Below, piece by piece: positions 1 to 12,440 of a stretch of 64,000 bases of DNA. Origin of the DNA: Octopus sinensis (taxonomy: Eukaryota). Both the position numbers and the translations under genes were made by a program. Position 1 is the first letter of the stretch. Each line of letters opens with the position of its first letter. The stretch is taken from contig NC_043005.1 of the NCBI RefSeq assembly GCF_006345805.1, forward strand, positions 23,312,001 to 23,376,000, given 5' to 3'. A model generated the notes under the pieces. It saw nothing but the letters and a program-made list of their open reading frames with translations, was not told where the DNA came from and ran no database searches.

Positions 1-241
1 ATCCCTGCCATACTCTTTCACCACAACTTTCTCTCACTCTTACTTCCTGTTTCTGTTGTACCTGTATTTCAAAGGGCCGGCCTTGTCACTCTCTGTGTCA
101 CGCTGAATATCCCCGAGATACGTTAAGGGTACACGTGTCTGTGGAGTGCTCAGCCACTTACACGTTAATTTCACGAGCAGGCTGTTCCGTTGATTCGGAT
201 CAACCGGAACCCTCGTCGTCGTAACCGACGGAGTGCTTCCA
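1..241 (+). mobile_element. SINE, 5'-truncated by the window edge
   Basis: Begins atccctgccatactctttcaccac, matching the internal segment of the tRNA-headed SINE at 14654-14935 (atccctgctgtactctttcaccac), but continues with a different 3' tail. Confidence 0.55.
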
Positions 242-317
242 TCCATCAGATATGTTTAATTTTAGGGAAACTTTATTTCAGTTAAAGTGTGTTTTATAAT
301 AGATATGTGTTTAATAT

Positions 318-364
<47 letters not shown>

Positions 365-577
365 CTTCCTCCAGAGTCATATCTCAATGATGATCATATT
401 TGTCGCAAAAAATCAAAAAAAAAAAAAAGTCACCGAAAACAATCGCAGTAATGAAAACATAGGAATTCCAAATTTCAGGATTGCACGTCCGGATTCGGCC
501 CGGAATGTTTTTAATTTACTTACGGAGTCAGCCTGATTCCAAAATGGCATGTTACGTTGGGCTATGCCTTCTAGGAG

Positions 578-609
<32 letters not shown>

Positions 610-1122
610 TTAAAGAAAGTAAAAAATGAACAAAAATGATAGTGTTCAGTATGTTGGCAACAGGAATTTCTCTCAAAGAGACATGGTTAAACAAAGTTGT
701 ACATCATCTCCCTCTTACTCTCTCTTTTATTATTACTCCCACTGCTACCATCAACACTACTACTTTTAATAAAACATCAACTCTCCCTAAATTTCTTTTC
801 TTTCTTTCTCTTCCTCTCTTTTTGTCTTCGCCACCACCCTCACCACCTCTATGCCTACTATTACTTTCACCCCCATCCAGAGGAATAGTAGGAGAATCAC
901 TGAATAGTGAGAGAGGGGGTCTAAGTGTGACATACTGACACACAGAAATTAGTTTTCACATTTATTATATTAGTTGGCATTACCTGTGATTTTTTTTCCG
1001 TGAATTTTTTTTACATGAATTCGTTAGATCTATTCACATAAGAATATCTAAATCCTGGCAAATAACTTAAAAACACACAGAAAATAAAGAAAATATATCT
1101 TAATCCAGAAAGAAATCAAGGC

Positions 1123-1740
1123 AAGACTTCCGCCTCCACCCAAAAAACACCCTTAAAAAATTTTTTTTTTCGACACAAACTCCCCTTTTCGGCTATGGGG
1201 AATACGAATCTGCAAAAAAATTGGCAAAAATCGACATTTCTAAATTACCCCCCACCCCATTTCCTTCATTTTTAACTTTTTTCATAATTTTTGTTTTTTC
1301 AAAATATGCAGAAAAATACTCAGATTATGATGATTCTGAAAAAAATTTCCAAAAATCTTTGTAAAATTTTTTTAAAGAATTTTTTTTTCTAAATATGCGG
1401 AAAAATATGGACATCATGATTCGGACAAAAATTTCAAAACATTTCTGTACTTACGGTTACGGTTTTAGGGTAAGGGTTAGGGTTAGGGTTTTAGGATTAG
1501 GGTGTTAGGGTTAGAGTTTTAGGGTTAAGGTTAAGGTTAGGGTTAGGGTTTTAGTGTTAGTGTTGGGGAAAAAAGTCAAAATTGAAGAAGTTGTGGGGGG
1601 AAATGGGGGAAAATTTTCACAATGCTGATATTTGACAATTTTCCGGAAACTCCGTATCCGAAAACGGGGATTTTTGGCAAGAAAAAATTATAAAAATAAA
1701 CAAATTTGGGAGAAAATGGGGTGGGGCGGGCGGAAGTCTT
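1123..1740. mobile_element. Non-autonomous DNA element (MITE-like) containing a telomere-like tract
   Basis: 12-bp inverted repeat aagacttccgcc (1123-1134) / ggcggaagtctt (1729-1740) encloses T/A-run-rich sequence and a degenerate TTAGGG tract. True termini not established. Confidence 0.4.
1451..1563 (+). repeat. Degenerate interstitial telomere-like (TTAGGG)n tract
   Basis: Run of ttaggg, ttacgg, taaggg, ttagag and ttagtg variants seen directly. Confidence 0.85.
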
Positions 1741-2327
1741 TCTGAAATCAATAACAACTGACACAAATGCAAAAAAAAAAAGGGAAACAAATTAATATTA
1801 CAATCCCACAGTACATCACTGGCAAATTTGTATGAGAAGTTTTTAAAAAAGCTCGTAAAGTTTAACATTTTGAGAAAAAAATATTTGAAAAAAAGTTATT
1901 GCTTACCGTGTCATACTTGTGTACAACAAAAATTACGAACAATACGTTTTTCAAAACATTAAAACCTTAGTAAGGGTTTTCTGAAGTTTTAAATCATTTA
2001 TAAAAATCTGCAGTATCTATGGATACCCCTTTCGACATCCCAGTGCGCCACGGCCACATTTGAGGCCCAATGTCTTATACCATCCAATAAAATAATACTA
2101 TACACTCGTTTACATCTTCGATACCTGGTACTATGACACCAACAGTTCACATTCTACACACCTACCCTCTGTTCATATAACACAAACCATGTACTAGATA
2201 TTCCACATTAAAACCACCCAACTATAAAATACATCGTACCACTCAAACAGCTTCTACGAACAGCAGCACATAGTGCATAGTTATATAATAGATGAAGAAT
2301 TAAAATAACACTAAAAACAACAAAAGC

Positions 2328-2343
2328 AATAATAATAATAATA

Positions 2344-2383
<40 letters not shown>
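2328..2383 (+). repeat. (AAT)n microsatellite
   Basis: Direct inspection. Confidence 0.95.
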
Positions 2384-2410
2384 GTTGTTATTCTTCTTCT
2401 TATTATTATT

Positions 2411-3236
2411 GGATCTTTTCCTTTTGAACGGCACTTTTCAACACAATTTCTAGTTAACTAAACACTCTTAAACTTCATATACTGGTAGAATGTGCTTATA
2501 AAACATCATTTTTTCTTGGCTTTATTGAGAAAATTCTATATGTTGTAACATATTTCGTCTTTAATTTCGAGCATTTCGGCAATTTTAACCAATCGCTGAC
2601 CTCCATTGACGTAAACAACATTCCGTGCTGTATGAATATGTCCCTCCTTTAAAAAACAGATTGGGTTTATTTACATTTGTGAAGAAAAAAAGATACCCTT
2701 CCCCCACCCCTAACTCCCCCTAACTCTAAAATAGATTGAAATGCAATAGATCGATACTAGGTCCATAATTATGGGTGACATTTTCATTTGACACCGCTAG
2801 AAAAAAATCACATTTTCCGTAGCGGTGTCGTATGAAATTGTCACCCATAATTATAACCCTAGTATCGATCTATTGCATTTCAGTCTATTTTAGATTTAGG
2901 GTTAGAGTTAGGGTGAGTTAGGGTTAGTTAGGGTTAGGGGTGGGGGAAGGGTATCTTTTTTTCTTCACAAATGTAAATAAACCCAATCTGTTTCTTAAAC
3001 GAGGGGCATATTCATACAGCACGGAATGTTGTTTACGTCAATGGAGGTCAGCGATTGGTTAAAATTGCCGAAATGCTCGAAATTAAAGACGAAATATGTT
3101 ACAACATATAAAATTTTCTCAATAAAGCCAAGAAAAAATGATGTTTTATAAACACATTCTACCAGTATACGAAGTTTAAGAGTGTTTAGTTAACAAGAAA
3201 TTATGTTACAAAGTGCCGTTCAAAAGGAAAAGATCC
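2411..3236. mobile_element. Foldback MITE, ~826 bp, almost entirely one inverted repeat
   Basis: Left end ggatcttttccttttgaacggcac and right end gtgccgttcaaaaggaaaagatcc. The ~400-bp arms pair to a ~20-nt centre near 2810-2820. Inserted in (TTA)n; ttattatt on both sides is compatible with a 2, 5 or 8 bp TSD. Confidence 0.9.
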
Positions 3237-3294
3237 TTATTATTATTATTATTATTATTATTATTTGTAATTTAGGTATAAAGCTTGTAATTTA

Positions 3295-3845
3295 GGCTCA
3301 AGGCTTGCAATTTAGAAGAAAGGGTATAAGTTGATACCATCGACCTCACTATTGGTACTTTATTTTATCGACCTCAGGGAGTGGAGAGAAAAGTAATGTT
3401 GACTTTGGTGGGATTTGAACTCAGAATGTAATGGGCTGTGATGTATGACATTCCAACGATTCTGCAAATCTACTGCCCTCTAATCTGCTATAATAAGTGC
3501 GGACAACTTTTCTTTCGAGAAGTGGGCCGCATGAGAAATGGTTCATCATCAGACGAACTGCACTACTAAAAAAAAAAAAAATACAAAGCAATTTTTTGTT
3601 GGTGTGCAATTCAGAAAGGCCCTTGGGCTGCAGTTTGTCCATGACTAGTTTATGACATAAGAATAAGGCAGCATATTTGGGTAGGAAGATTAGTCGTTTA
3701 AATTGGGCTTAGCGCTTTATCTTAACGACCCCTGAATAATGAAAAGCAAAGTTGACTGTGGCTGGGATTTGAACTCAGAACATAAAGAACCGTAATTTAA
3801 TTCCGCAAGGCTTTTTGTCGAACGTTCTAACGATTCTGCTAAATA
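3295..3845 (-). mobile_element. Two decayed copies of a tRNA-derived SINE family
   Basis: gggatttgaactcagaa (B-box, reverse) plus aaagttgac(t) at about 3400-3480 and 3740-3845. Related copies near 30950, 37810, 38090, 54370, 57170 and 57870. Confidence 0.65.
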
Positions 3846-5379
3846 ATAAACTATCCGTCAACAAGTTAATCCAGCTGACCTACTTGTGCCTGAAAACCAG
3901 GATGAATTGATTTCCGTAATGTAAGCTAAACAACGAAACACTTGCATGACAGATTGTTGCAATGTGGTGCCAGATGAGACCGATACATGGAATATTCTAT
4001 TCTGATGAATTAATGGCTTTCTTCCAAATTCTTCATCAGTTACACAAATATTCCATTGTTCTACCTTAGAGAAGTTGTATGGATGTTAAACAACAATGAT
4101 GATGACAACGACGACAAAAGTAACAACAAACAATAACAGCAGCAACAACGATGATAACAGCATATAACAATAATAATGACGACAATTGCAACATATAACA
4201 ATGACAAGATTTCAAGCCAAAGAAAGAGACTCTACGTAGTCGTTCAACCTGCTAGAAATAGCTGCCAAATCTTCCTTGTCTTAAAAAAAAAAGGATATTG
4301 GATAATGCAGTTATAGAAACATGCAGGAGGGAGAGAGAGAGTCATGACTGGAATACCTTTCATCATGGGCTCGTTGAGCCAAGACTAAACAACAAAACAG
4401 AGACACTAGATATGACAGTATGTTAACACCAATGATAGGAATAGTCTGACAACTCACATGTAAGACGCTGTTGTATTCGTATTTAATAGAACATCCCCTT
4501 GAGGTATTCCCCACCCAACACTTTCATCACACACAATGGCCACTCTAAGATGTGCAAATATATGCATTGTAACCAACACACAAAAGGGAAAAGAACTGTA
4601 AGCAAGCATGTAATTACATCTGTTCAAAACACCGTTCTTAACGGGCTATATATAAACCTAGGGCTACATCTAAATCTTCTTCATAAAAAATACAAAGCAA
4701 ATTTATAAAGAAAGAGATCATAAGTTTATCAGAAATTTATTAGGGGCATTTTGTTTTCACTTTTTGTTCACACACACACATAGACTCACGCATATTTTTT
4801 AACAAAATATTGAAGGGAACGTCGATAATTTTGCAAGGCAACAGATACCTAACATATATAAATAATTAAATATATAAATAATTTGGCAATTGAACAGTGG
4901 AGAATAGATATTAATGGAATGCAATACACCAACTAACCACAATGTTGGGTTACAGATAGATCCTTGAAGTTATTTATTGGTTAATATTCTCTTCAGCATT
5001 GATACAAAGTAGATCAGCAGAAATACAATAGACCAAATGACTACCATTTTTGTAGAGAGCGATTATTGAATGAATCTATCTAATGGACAAGTTGGGCAGC
5101 AAATGATTTTGTGTTATTGCTGACCAAATTATATTGTCTGATTCAAATACATAGATTTTTGGGCATTTTGATCATATCTGTTATCTAGATAGATTTTCCA
5201 CGAATGATTTATTTGGTGCATGTAAACATTCCTAGCCTTAGTGCAGCAATGCAAACATTCCTAGACTGATGCAGTGATGATTGTTTTGAGTTAATATAAA
5301 GGTTAATGAGAGCATGTGACCAGCAACTAGATTCATCATAACTTGGCTTTGTGAATGAAGCTTCATAAAATGACATGTC

Positions 5380-6790
5380 CAATCAACTGCAGGCTTGCTG
5401 GTGGTGAATGAAGCTTTCTAGGACAGGTAGGTTTAGACACAGTAACTGCAAGGGAAATTTTATTCTGGGTTCAGTGTTGTTGAATCACAGTTCTTCCACA
5501 ATCTCTTTTTGTCTTCAAGGTCAGCCCTGCACATTCTCGAATGGTGAAACAGACTTTTGAATGTTGTGTCACTAGGCAATGTAATTAGATGCTACAATAG
5601 ATGACTAGTGATGGTCAATAGGACAAAAAATAAGGCATAGCTTCAAAGTCCTGGTACTTACTCTTTGGTGCCCATCTGTCATGGTGGCCAAAGAGAATTT
5701 GCCACAGTTTTGGATAAATGATGCTTTGCCCAACACTGGTATGGTTTTGATGCTAGTAACTTCTGCTAGTTTTTAGGACTTTCTTGTTGGAAATAAGTCA
5801 CTCCAGTGTGTGTTGGGGATGGTGTGCAGGCAGTAATGGTGAAAATGCTCAAGAAATTATAGGTGATGGTAGTAGGTAACTCATAATTCAGATGGTAGTC
5901 AGTATAATGGCCCTATACATGATGATCTTTTTTATCTTGCCTCAGATTCTTGCTGCCCGAGATTCTTTTGCACGATCTGCAAATACAGTGTTTGCCTTTG
6001 CCTGTCTGTTGTTAACTTTCCTGTTTGCCTTTGCATGTCTGTTGTTAATTTCCTTGTTGGTTTCAATATCTGATGAAATGATGCATCAATGCTATTGAAC
6101 TAATGGACTGTCTTCAGCTCTGTCTCACCAATGGTGCTGCAGAGAGGATAGAAATCTTCCTGGGATTTTGAAGAACATTTTTTTTCCAGGTTGATTTCTG
6201 ATCCAAAGTACTTGAGAGTTCCTTCAAAACAGAATATATGTTGCAGGTGGTGAATTTATGTGAGCATCATCATTGAAGAGAAAAGCCCAGATGAGTTGCT
6301 CTAGCATCTTAATGTAGAACTGTAGTTATCTCAAGTTGAACAAGTGTTACCAGTGTGATATTAGATGTAATAACCATTTTCTTCATTGAGCTCCTCTGTG
6401 TCCTTTATGAGCTTCACATAGTACAATAATCTGAATGCCAGTTGAATCTATTTGGATGACCACATTGCTACTTTTTGGTGGTAATCAAGAAAAGGGAAAA
6501 GATAAACAAATTTACCTCTTCCTGATAGTTATGGCAAAGGTTGAAAGGACACAGAAGATATAGGTGTTTCTCTGACTGGAACAATATTTTCATCACATGC
6601 TTCAAATACCATTTCAAGTAAACAGTAATGGTTGAGATATCCTGTATTTAGGTAATTTTCATGGGACACAGGTGGAATTTGTTGATTTAATTCCCTGACT
6701 TGCTTGTAGAGTGGATTATGGAAAGAATTTCTGTAAGCTGATGAGAGATATTGAGATTTGAGATGCCTTAATCTTCTTTAGGTAATGTAT
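5380..6790 (-). pseudogene. Highly decayed non-LTR retrotransposon RT and C-terminus, RTE-like
   Basis: Minus-strand remnants in the expected order: ISLIS (NYRPISL-like, ~6750), LFNDD (YADD-like, ~6270), LKYFGS (~6210) and a C-terminal FPCSYC zinc-knuckle-like motif (~5440). Many stops and frameshifts. Confidence 0.55.
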
Positions 6791-6959
6791 GTCTTTTGCA
6801 AAGGTCTTACAACATGATAGGTTCAAAGGTTGTGTAGCAGTAGTAACCTTTATTAAGTGACATACAATATGAAGCCACTCATCAGACACTTCTCCTTACA
6901 CTCTGAGGCTATCAGGCTTGTTCAGGGATAGACCTAGATCCCTGGTTTAATAGTAAGAC

Positions 6960-7410
6960 CAGGAGGAAAATCTGGGTAGATTTGAGAGATGGTGGTGGGG
7001 ATGCATACTTCATAAAAATAGCTGAAGTCCCCAATGATAAACCTATGATCTCAATAGCTGAAGTGGTGGAACAGGGAAATGCTAGATAGACTGGTTAATA
7101 AGACCTTGACTGATGAAGATTCATTGCCTGATCCTGCATATCACATTTCAGATGTGCCACAGAAAATGCCTTCGAGACCACAATGCCTGACATGTTGGAA
7201 TTCACCTTTATCAAGAAACATGCCACTAGTATTCCTTCATTGAAGAATTACAACAGAAAAAGAAATACTCAGACACAAGGAGGAGCTGTTGCTGATGATA
7301 ACATGATAAGGCCATGTAACCCTATTTTTGTGATCCAAAAATGTTATATTTGATCTCCTCAAAGCCCATCTGCTCAGAATTAACTTTTTTGGACATAGAA
7401 TGTTGTAAAC
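6960..7410 (-). pseudogene. Decayed apurinic-endonuclease domain fragment of a LINE
   Basis: Minus-strand FIIGDFS (GDFN-like motif) at about 7020-7045. The rest is heavily decayed. Confidence 0.4.
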
Positions 7411-8577
7411 TAAGAAGAAAGTCCCCACTTTCCCAACTAACTGTTCATTGTTTGTTTTATTATGGGAAATTAATTTTAAGTCCAAATCAAAAAGAACACT
7501 ACGTCCAAAATTTCCTAAATTAATGAAGATCTAAGATTAACGAAGTTGTTGACCTTGCCAAGAATAGAGACTAATGGTGAAAGTGTTATGCATATAGTAT
7601 TTATTACATTGTTGGCTTGGCTACCCTTTATAGAAACAGAAAAGGATGCTGAAGAAGGAAAAGTGTCTTTGAATGGTTGTCTCTCATCATTTTAAAGCAT
7701 TTATTTTTTCTATTTCAAATAATGTATAATATAAGAAAAGACGAAGGCAGGTGAGGGAACAACACACAGGTGTATTACTTTGATGCTCAGGAATAATAGA
7801 AAAGTCTTTGATGCTTCAAGCTTATGTTCTTCGACAGAAAGGATTGAGAGGAAAAAAATGGAGGGAGAATGAAAACAAACGGACAGAGAAAAAATGTGTA
7901 GAGAATAATGGTTCAACATGATGAAATGTATGATATATATATATACAATTGTATGTTTATATGTTGTATATATTATATGTATAGTGTATACAGATTACAA
8001 GATTGTGGGTTCGATTCCCAGACTGGGCTTTGCATTGTGTTCTTAAGCAAAGCACTTCATTTCACGTTGCTCTGCGATCATTTCATCACCTGACATGTGA
8101 CACACGGTGCACCTGTACAGGTAATGTTGAGTTGATGGAGAGGTGGTTGTTTGGCAAGAAATTGCCAAACTCTCATACATTGTCTAACAACAGGAAAGTC
8201 CATGATATATAATAAGAGAAAAGAAAATGGACATAACTTTTATTTATAACCATTTTATTTATTTATAACCATTTCTTTCCATTGTTACATATGTTTCAGT
8301 ATTTGGTAACAGATGACATCACACTACAGATGCAACTAGTAGGTGCAGCTTATATGGCAAGCATGGAATAAACACATCACCAGGCAATCGATAAAGAAAT
8401 AAAAGTTAGAGACAAAGAGTAACCAAATCTATACACATTGGAAGCACCTGCTAGAAGGGAGGGAGTGGAGGAGGTAAGAAGGTAAGCTGACCGACATAAT
8501 TGCAGTGCGGACTGGTGTTTCTAAGAGTGGAATTAGTCACTGAGTAAGAAATGGGCCTACAATTGCATTTACTTGAC

Positions 8578-8783
8578 TCTTTTACTTGTTTCAGTCATTT
8601 GACTGTGGCCATGCTGGAGCATCACCTTTAGTCGAGCAAATTGACCCCAGGACTTATTCTTTGCAAGCCTAGTACTTATGTTATTGTTCTCTTTCGCTGA
8701 ACTGCTAAGTTACGGGGACATAAACACACCAGCATCAGTCGTCAAGCGATGTTGGGGGGACAAACACAGACACACAAACATAT

Positions 8784-8846
<63 letters not shown>

Positions 8847-8996
8847 TACGATGGCCTTCTTTCAGTTTCCGTCTGCCAAATCCACTCACCGAGGCTATAG
8901 TAGAAGACACTTGCCCAAGGTGCCATGCAGTGGGACTGAACCCGGAACCATGTGGTTGGTAAGCAAGCTACTTACCACACAGCCACTTCTACACCT
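8578..8996 (-). mobile_element. tRNA-headed CORE-type SINE with internal microsatellite
   Basis: Minus strand reads head gtggctgtgtggtaagtagcttgc...ggttccgggttcagtccc, then ggcaccttgggcaagtgtcttctactatagcc (CORE-like), a (TA)/(TG) tract and tail ccagcatggccacagtcaaatgactgaaacaagtaaa. Confidence 0.85.
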
Positions 8997-10309
8997 ATGA
9001 CTGTATAAAAGGGGAGGAGGGAGAACACAGAGATAGCAGCTAGCAAGATAAAGTGGTACAATAAAACTTCTAAATTATTGATTATTTTCAAAATTAATTG
9101 AAACATATAGACAAAATAATACATTAGAAATATGGTTACAAAATAGAAACTTTTGGAATCATTCATAAGGACAGATTGACACCTGGATTACCTAATTGGA
9201 ACTTCAGAGGACCTCTAATGATAAATTGTTGATAAGTAGAATCCGGCCAAACAGGTACAAAGAAAAAAATACACAGGAAAAAAAACCAACATCATTTTTA
9301 TAACTTCTTTGATAGGATGAAACAAGTGATGTACATACTTTTCCCTTCACTTTTATCTCCTTGTTGTCATTCTTGTCAGATTGCTATGGCCCAAATCAGT
9401 ATATATTTGGAGGTTGGACACTGCATCTCACGTGTTTTGTTTTGGGCTTGGTTTCTATGGCTGGATACCCTGCCTAACACCGACCACATTAAAGAGTGTA
9501 TTGACTGCTTGTCCTTTCCAACCACTCCTACAGGCCCCTTCTATTACTATCCATCAATTGTCTCTTCAACCATTATTCATCCCAATCACTCTGTTTCTAC
9601 TGTCACACTTCTTTTCTCCTCCAAAACACACCTTGGTTTTGTTGTCATCAGTGTCTCTTCTATTCACTTCCTCAACCACATAGATCTAAGTGAACAAACA
9701 TGTTATGAGTATTGAGGACTCTCTAATTTTGCTGGATACAAGGACACCCCACCTCTCCACTCCTAGTGTTTGCACTGCTAGGATTCTACAGAGGACACTG
9801 TATAAAGTGAGTGGTGAGCAAGTGAAGATGTAGGATTGAGAGAATCCTTTAGTCCTGTTGAGGACATGGCAAACTCTCTAGGACTAGTGCCATGGACCTA
9901 GGATTTTCTGGAAATAGTTGGTAGCAGGAAGCCAAAAATGAAATGCACAAGTAAGACATACTCTTCCAAACTGCTTGGGAGGGCAAAAAGTTTAGGAAAA
10001 ACCCAGTCCAGTATTTATCTGAAGGGCCATATGTGTGTATATATACATGTATATATATATATATTATATATATATATATAATAGAAATATTAAAATAACT
10101 AAGTCTCTCTAAAAGAGAACAGCGGCAGCGTTCCCGGAAAATAATAGTTATCGCCATACTAATATGGCATTCTTATAAAAATAAGAAAAAAGCTGTCCGC
10201 TTATTAGCTCCATGAGGCCATCGCCTTAAGTTAGCTATTTGATACACAAACTGTATCCATATAACCTTCGAACAAGGGAGGTCAGTCGCTCCACACTACT
10301 TGACCGGCA

Positions 10310-10351
10310 GCTACAGACGCGTTTCGGGGTATTGCCCCTTTTCAATGCAGC
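10310..10351 (-). ncRNA. Minimal type-I hammerhead ribozyme, copy 1
   Basis: GCUGCA-UUGAAAA-GGGG(CAAUA)CCCC-GAAACGCGUC-UGUAGC: stem I 6 bp, stem II 4 bp, palindromic stem III ACGCGU, GUC cleavage triplet. Confidence 0.8.
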
Positions 10352-10671
10352 GTAGCCAGCCTATAGGTGTCACTTCCGACAATCTCTGTTCGATGGTTTT
10401 ATTTACCTAGTTTCGGTGGAATACATCCACTTGTTTTCAATAATAGAAATATTAAAATAACTAAGTCTCTCTAAAAGAGAACAGCGGCAGCGTTCCCGGA
10501 AAATAATAGTTATCGCCATACTAATATGGCATTCTTATAAAAATAAGAAAAAAGCTGTCCGCTTATTAGCTCCATGAGGCCATCGCCTTAAGTTAGCTAT
10601 TTGATACACAAACTGTATCCATATAACCTTCGAACAAGGGAGGTCAGTCGCTCCACACTACTTGACCGGCA

Positions 10672-10713
10672 GCTACAGACGCGTTTCGGGGTATTGCCCC
10701 TTTTCAATGCAGC
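10672..10713 (-). ncRNA. Minimal type-I hammerhead ribozyme, copy 2
   Basis: Identical to copy 1, exactly 362 nt away. Confidence 0.8.
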
Positions 10714-11206
10714 GTAGCCAGCCTATAGGTGTCGCTTCCGACAATCTCTGTTCGATGGTTTTATTTACCTAGTTTCGGTGGAATACATCCACTTGTTTTC
10801 AATAATAGAAATATTAAAATAACTAAGTCTCTCTAAAAGAGAACAGCGGCAGCGTTCCCGGAAAATAATAGTTATCGCCATACTAATATGGCATTCTTAT
10901 AAAAATAAGAAAAAAGCTGTCCGCTTATTAGTTATATGGATACAGTTTGTGTATCAAATAGCTAACTTAAGGCGATGGCCTCATGGAGCTAATAAGCGGA
11001 CAGCTTTTTTCTTATTTTTATAAGAATGCCATATTAGTATGGCGATAACTATTATTTTCCGGGAACGCTGCCGCTGTTCTCTTTTAGAGAGACTTAGTTA
11101 TTTTAATATTTCTATTATTGAAAACAAGTGGATGTATTCCACCGAAACTAGGTAAATAAAACCATCGAACAGAGATTGTCGGAAGCGACACCTATAGGCT
11201 GGCTAC

Positions 11207-11248
11207 GCTGCATTGAAAAGGGGCAATACCCCGAAACGCGTCTGTAGC
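11207..11248 (+). ncRNA. Minimal type-I hammerhead ribozyme, copy 3 (inverted arm)
   Basis: gctgca ttgaaaa gggg caata cccc gaaa cgcgt c tgtagc; predicted cleavage after C11242. Confidence 0.8.
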
Positions 11249-11406
11249 TGCCGGTCAAGTAGTGTGGAGCGACTGACCTCCCTTGTTCGAAGGTTATATG
11301 GATACAGTTTGTGTATCAAATAGCTAACTAAGGCGATGGCCTCATGGAGCTAATAAGCGGACAGCTTTTTTCTTATTTTTATAAGAATGCCATATTAGTA
11401 TGGCGA

Positions 11407-11444
<38 letters not shown>

Positions 11445-11499
11445 CATATATATATAGTTAATCCAAACATGAAAACACAAAGAGAAAACACAACGCTTT

Positions 11500-12350
11500 G
11501 TGCTATCAGCATGCAAAACTAAATGCAATACCCAATAAATACACTGGACCTGGAGGGATTGCAATCCCAGAAGCACAATCAGTGCAAGACCTGGGCATTT
11601 ACATGAGTAATGATTCAACCTTTCATGTGCATGTTGCTAAATTGGCAATGAAATGTAGGCAGCTGACCAGATGGATTCTTAGAACCTTTAGGACAAGAGA
11701 CCAGGAAACCATGATGATCCTCTGGAGGACGTGTCCTAAGCCACTTTGACTATTGCTCTCAGCTATGGTCACCAATCAGTGTCAAATTAATCTCAGAACT
11801 TGAGGCAATCCAACGAAGCTACACGAAGAAGATAGCCTCAATGCAGCATATAAGCTATTGGGAAAGACTCAAAAGATTAAGACTCTATTCTTTAGAGCGT
11901 AGGTGAGAAAGATATGCCTAATATACATCTGGAAGATCCTGGAAGGACTTGTCCCTAACTTTGGCATTGAGAGTTACACAAATACTAGAACTGGGTGCCA
12001 CTGCATAGTGCCAAGGACTCCAAATTTGCCATCAAGATGTAGGACAAGATACTGCAAGAACCTGGGCTTCAGAGGTCCATGGCTCTTCAATATCCTGCTG
12101 AAGGACCTGAGAGACCTGCATGGGGTGGATGCAGATGTCTTTAAAATAAAGCTGGACCTCTTCCTGTCAGGTGTCCCAGATGAACCAACTTCATGGCAGG
12201 AGGTGCAGATGAGAGCAGCTGCATCAAACTCTCTCATGCACCAAATGTCAATTGTTAAAAAGCATTCGTGAAGTAAAATCATGTAGCAACACCGAATGGC
12301 AGTGCCCCAGCATGGCCACAGCTCGTGAGCTGAAACTAGATAAGAAAAAA
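11500..12350 (+). mobile_element. 5'-truncated CR1/L2-group LINE (RT thumb, C-terminus, 3'UTR, A tail)
   Basis: QDLGIYMS...WILRTF...DYCSQLWSP...LEAIQR...YWERLKRLRLYSLERR...GPWLFNIL...KLDLFLSGVPDEP across frameshifts (ORFs 11498-11749 and 11903-12271). Ends gctgaaactagataagaaaaaaaa. Confidence 0.9.
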
Positions 12351-12440
12351 AAAAAAAATATATATATATACATGCATGAGTCGTCTAAGAGACCATAAGT
12401 CAGGGAAAAGATGCACACGTATATCTCTCAGTAGAGTGGG

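Larger units (their letters stand above)
10078..11409. mobile_element. Young 362-bp tandem array (2.36 units) followed by an inverted 1.3-unit copy; retrozyme or Penelope pseudo-LTR-like
   Basis: atagaaatattaaaataactaag recurs at 10081, 10443 and 10805 (period 362). From 10932 the same unit runs as reverse complement to 11409. Only one substitution and one 1-bp indel were noticed between copies. Flanked on both sides by (TA)n. Confidence 0.95.

Noticed and set aside
636-943. Overlapping ORFs on both strands
   Set aside because: Low-complexity CT/CA-rich sequence with few stop codons and no coding signature.
1451-1563. True telomere or fusion site
   Set aside because: Short, highly degenerate, in a single orientation and embedded within a repeat element.
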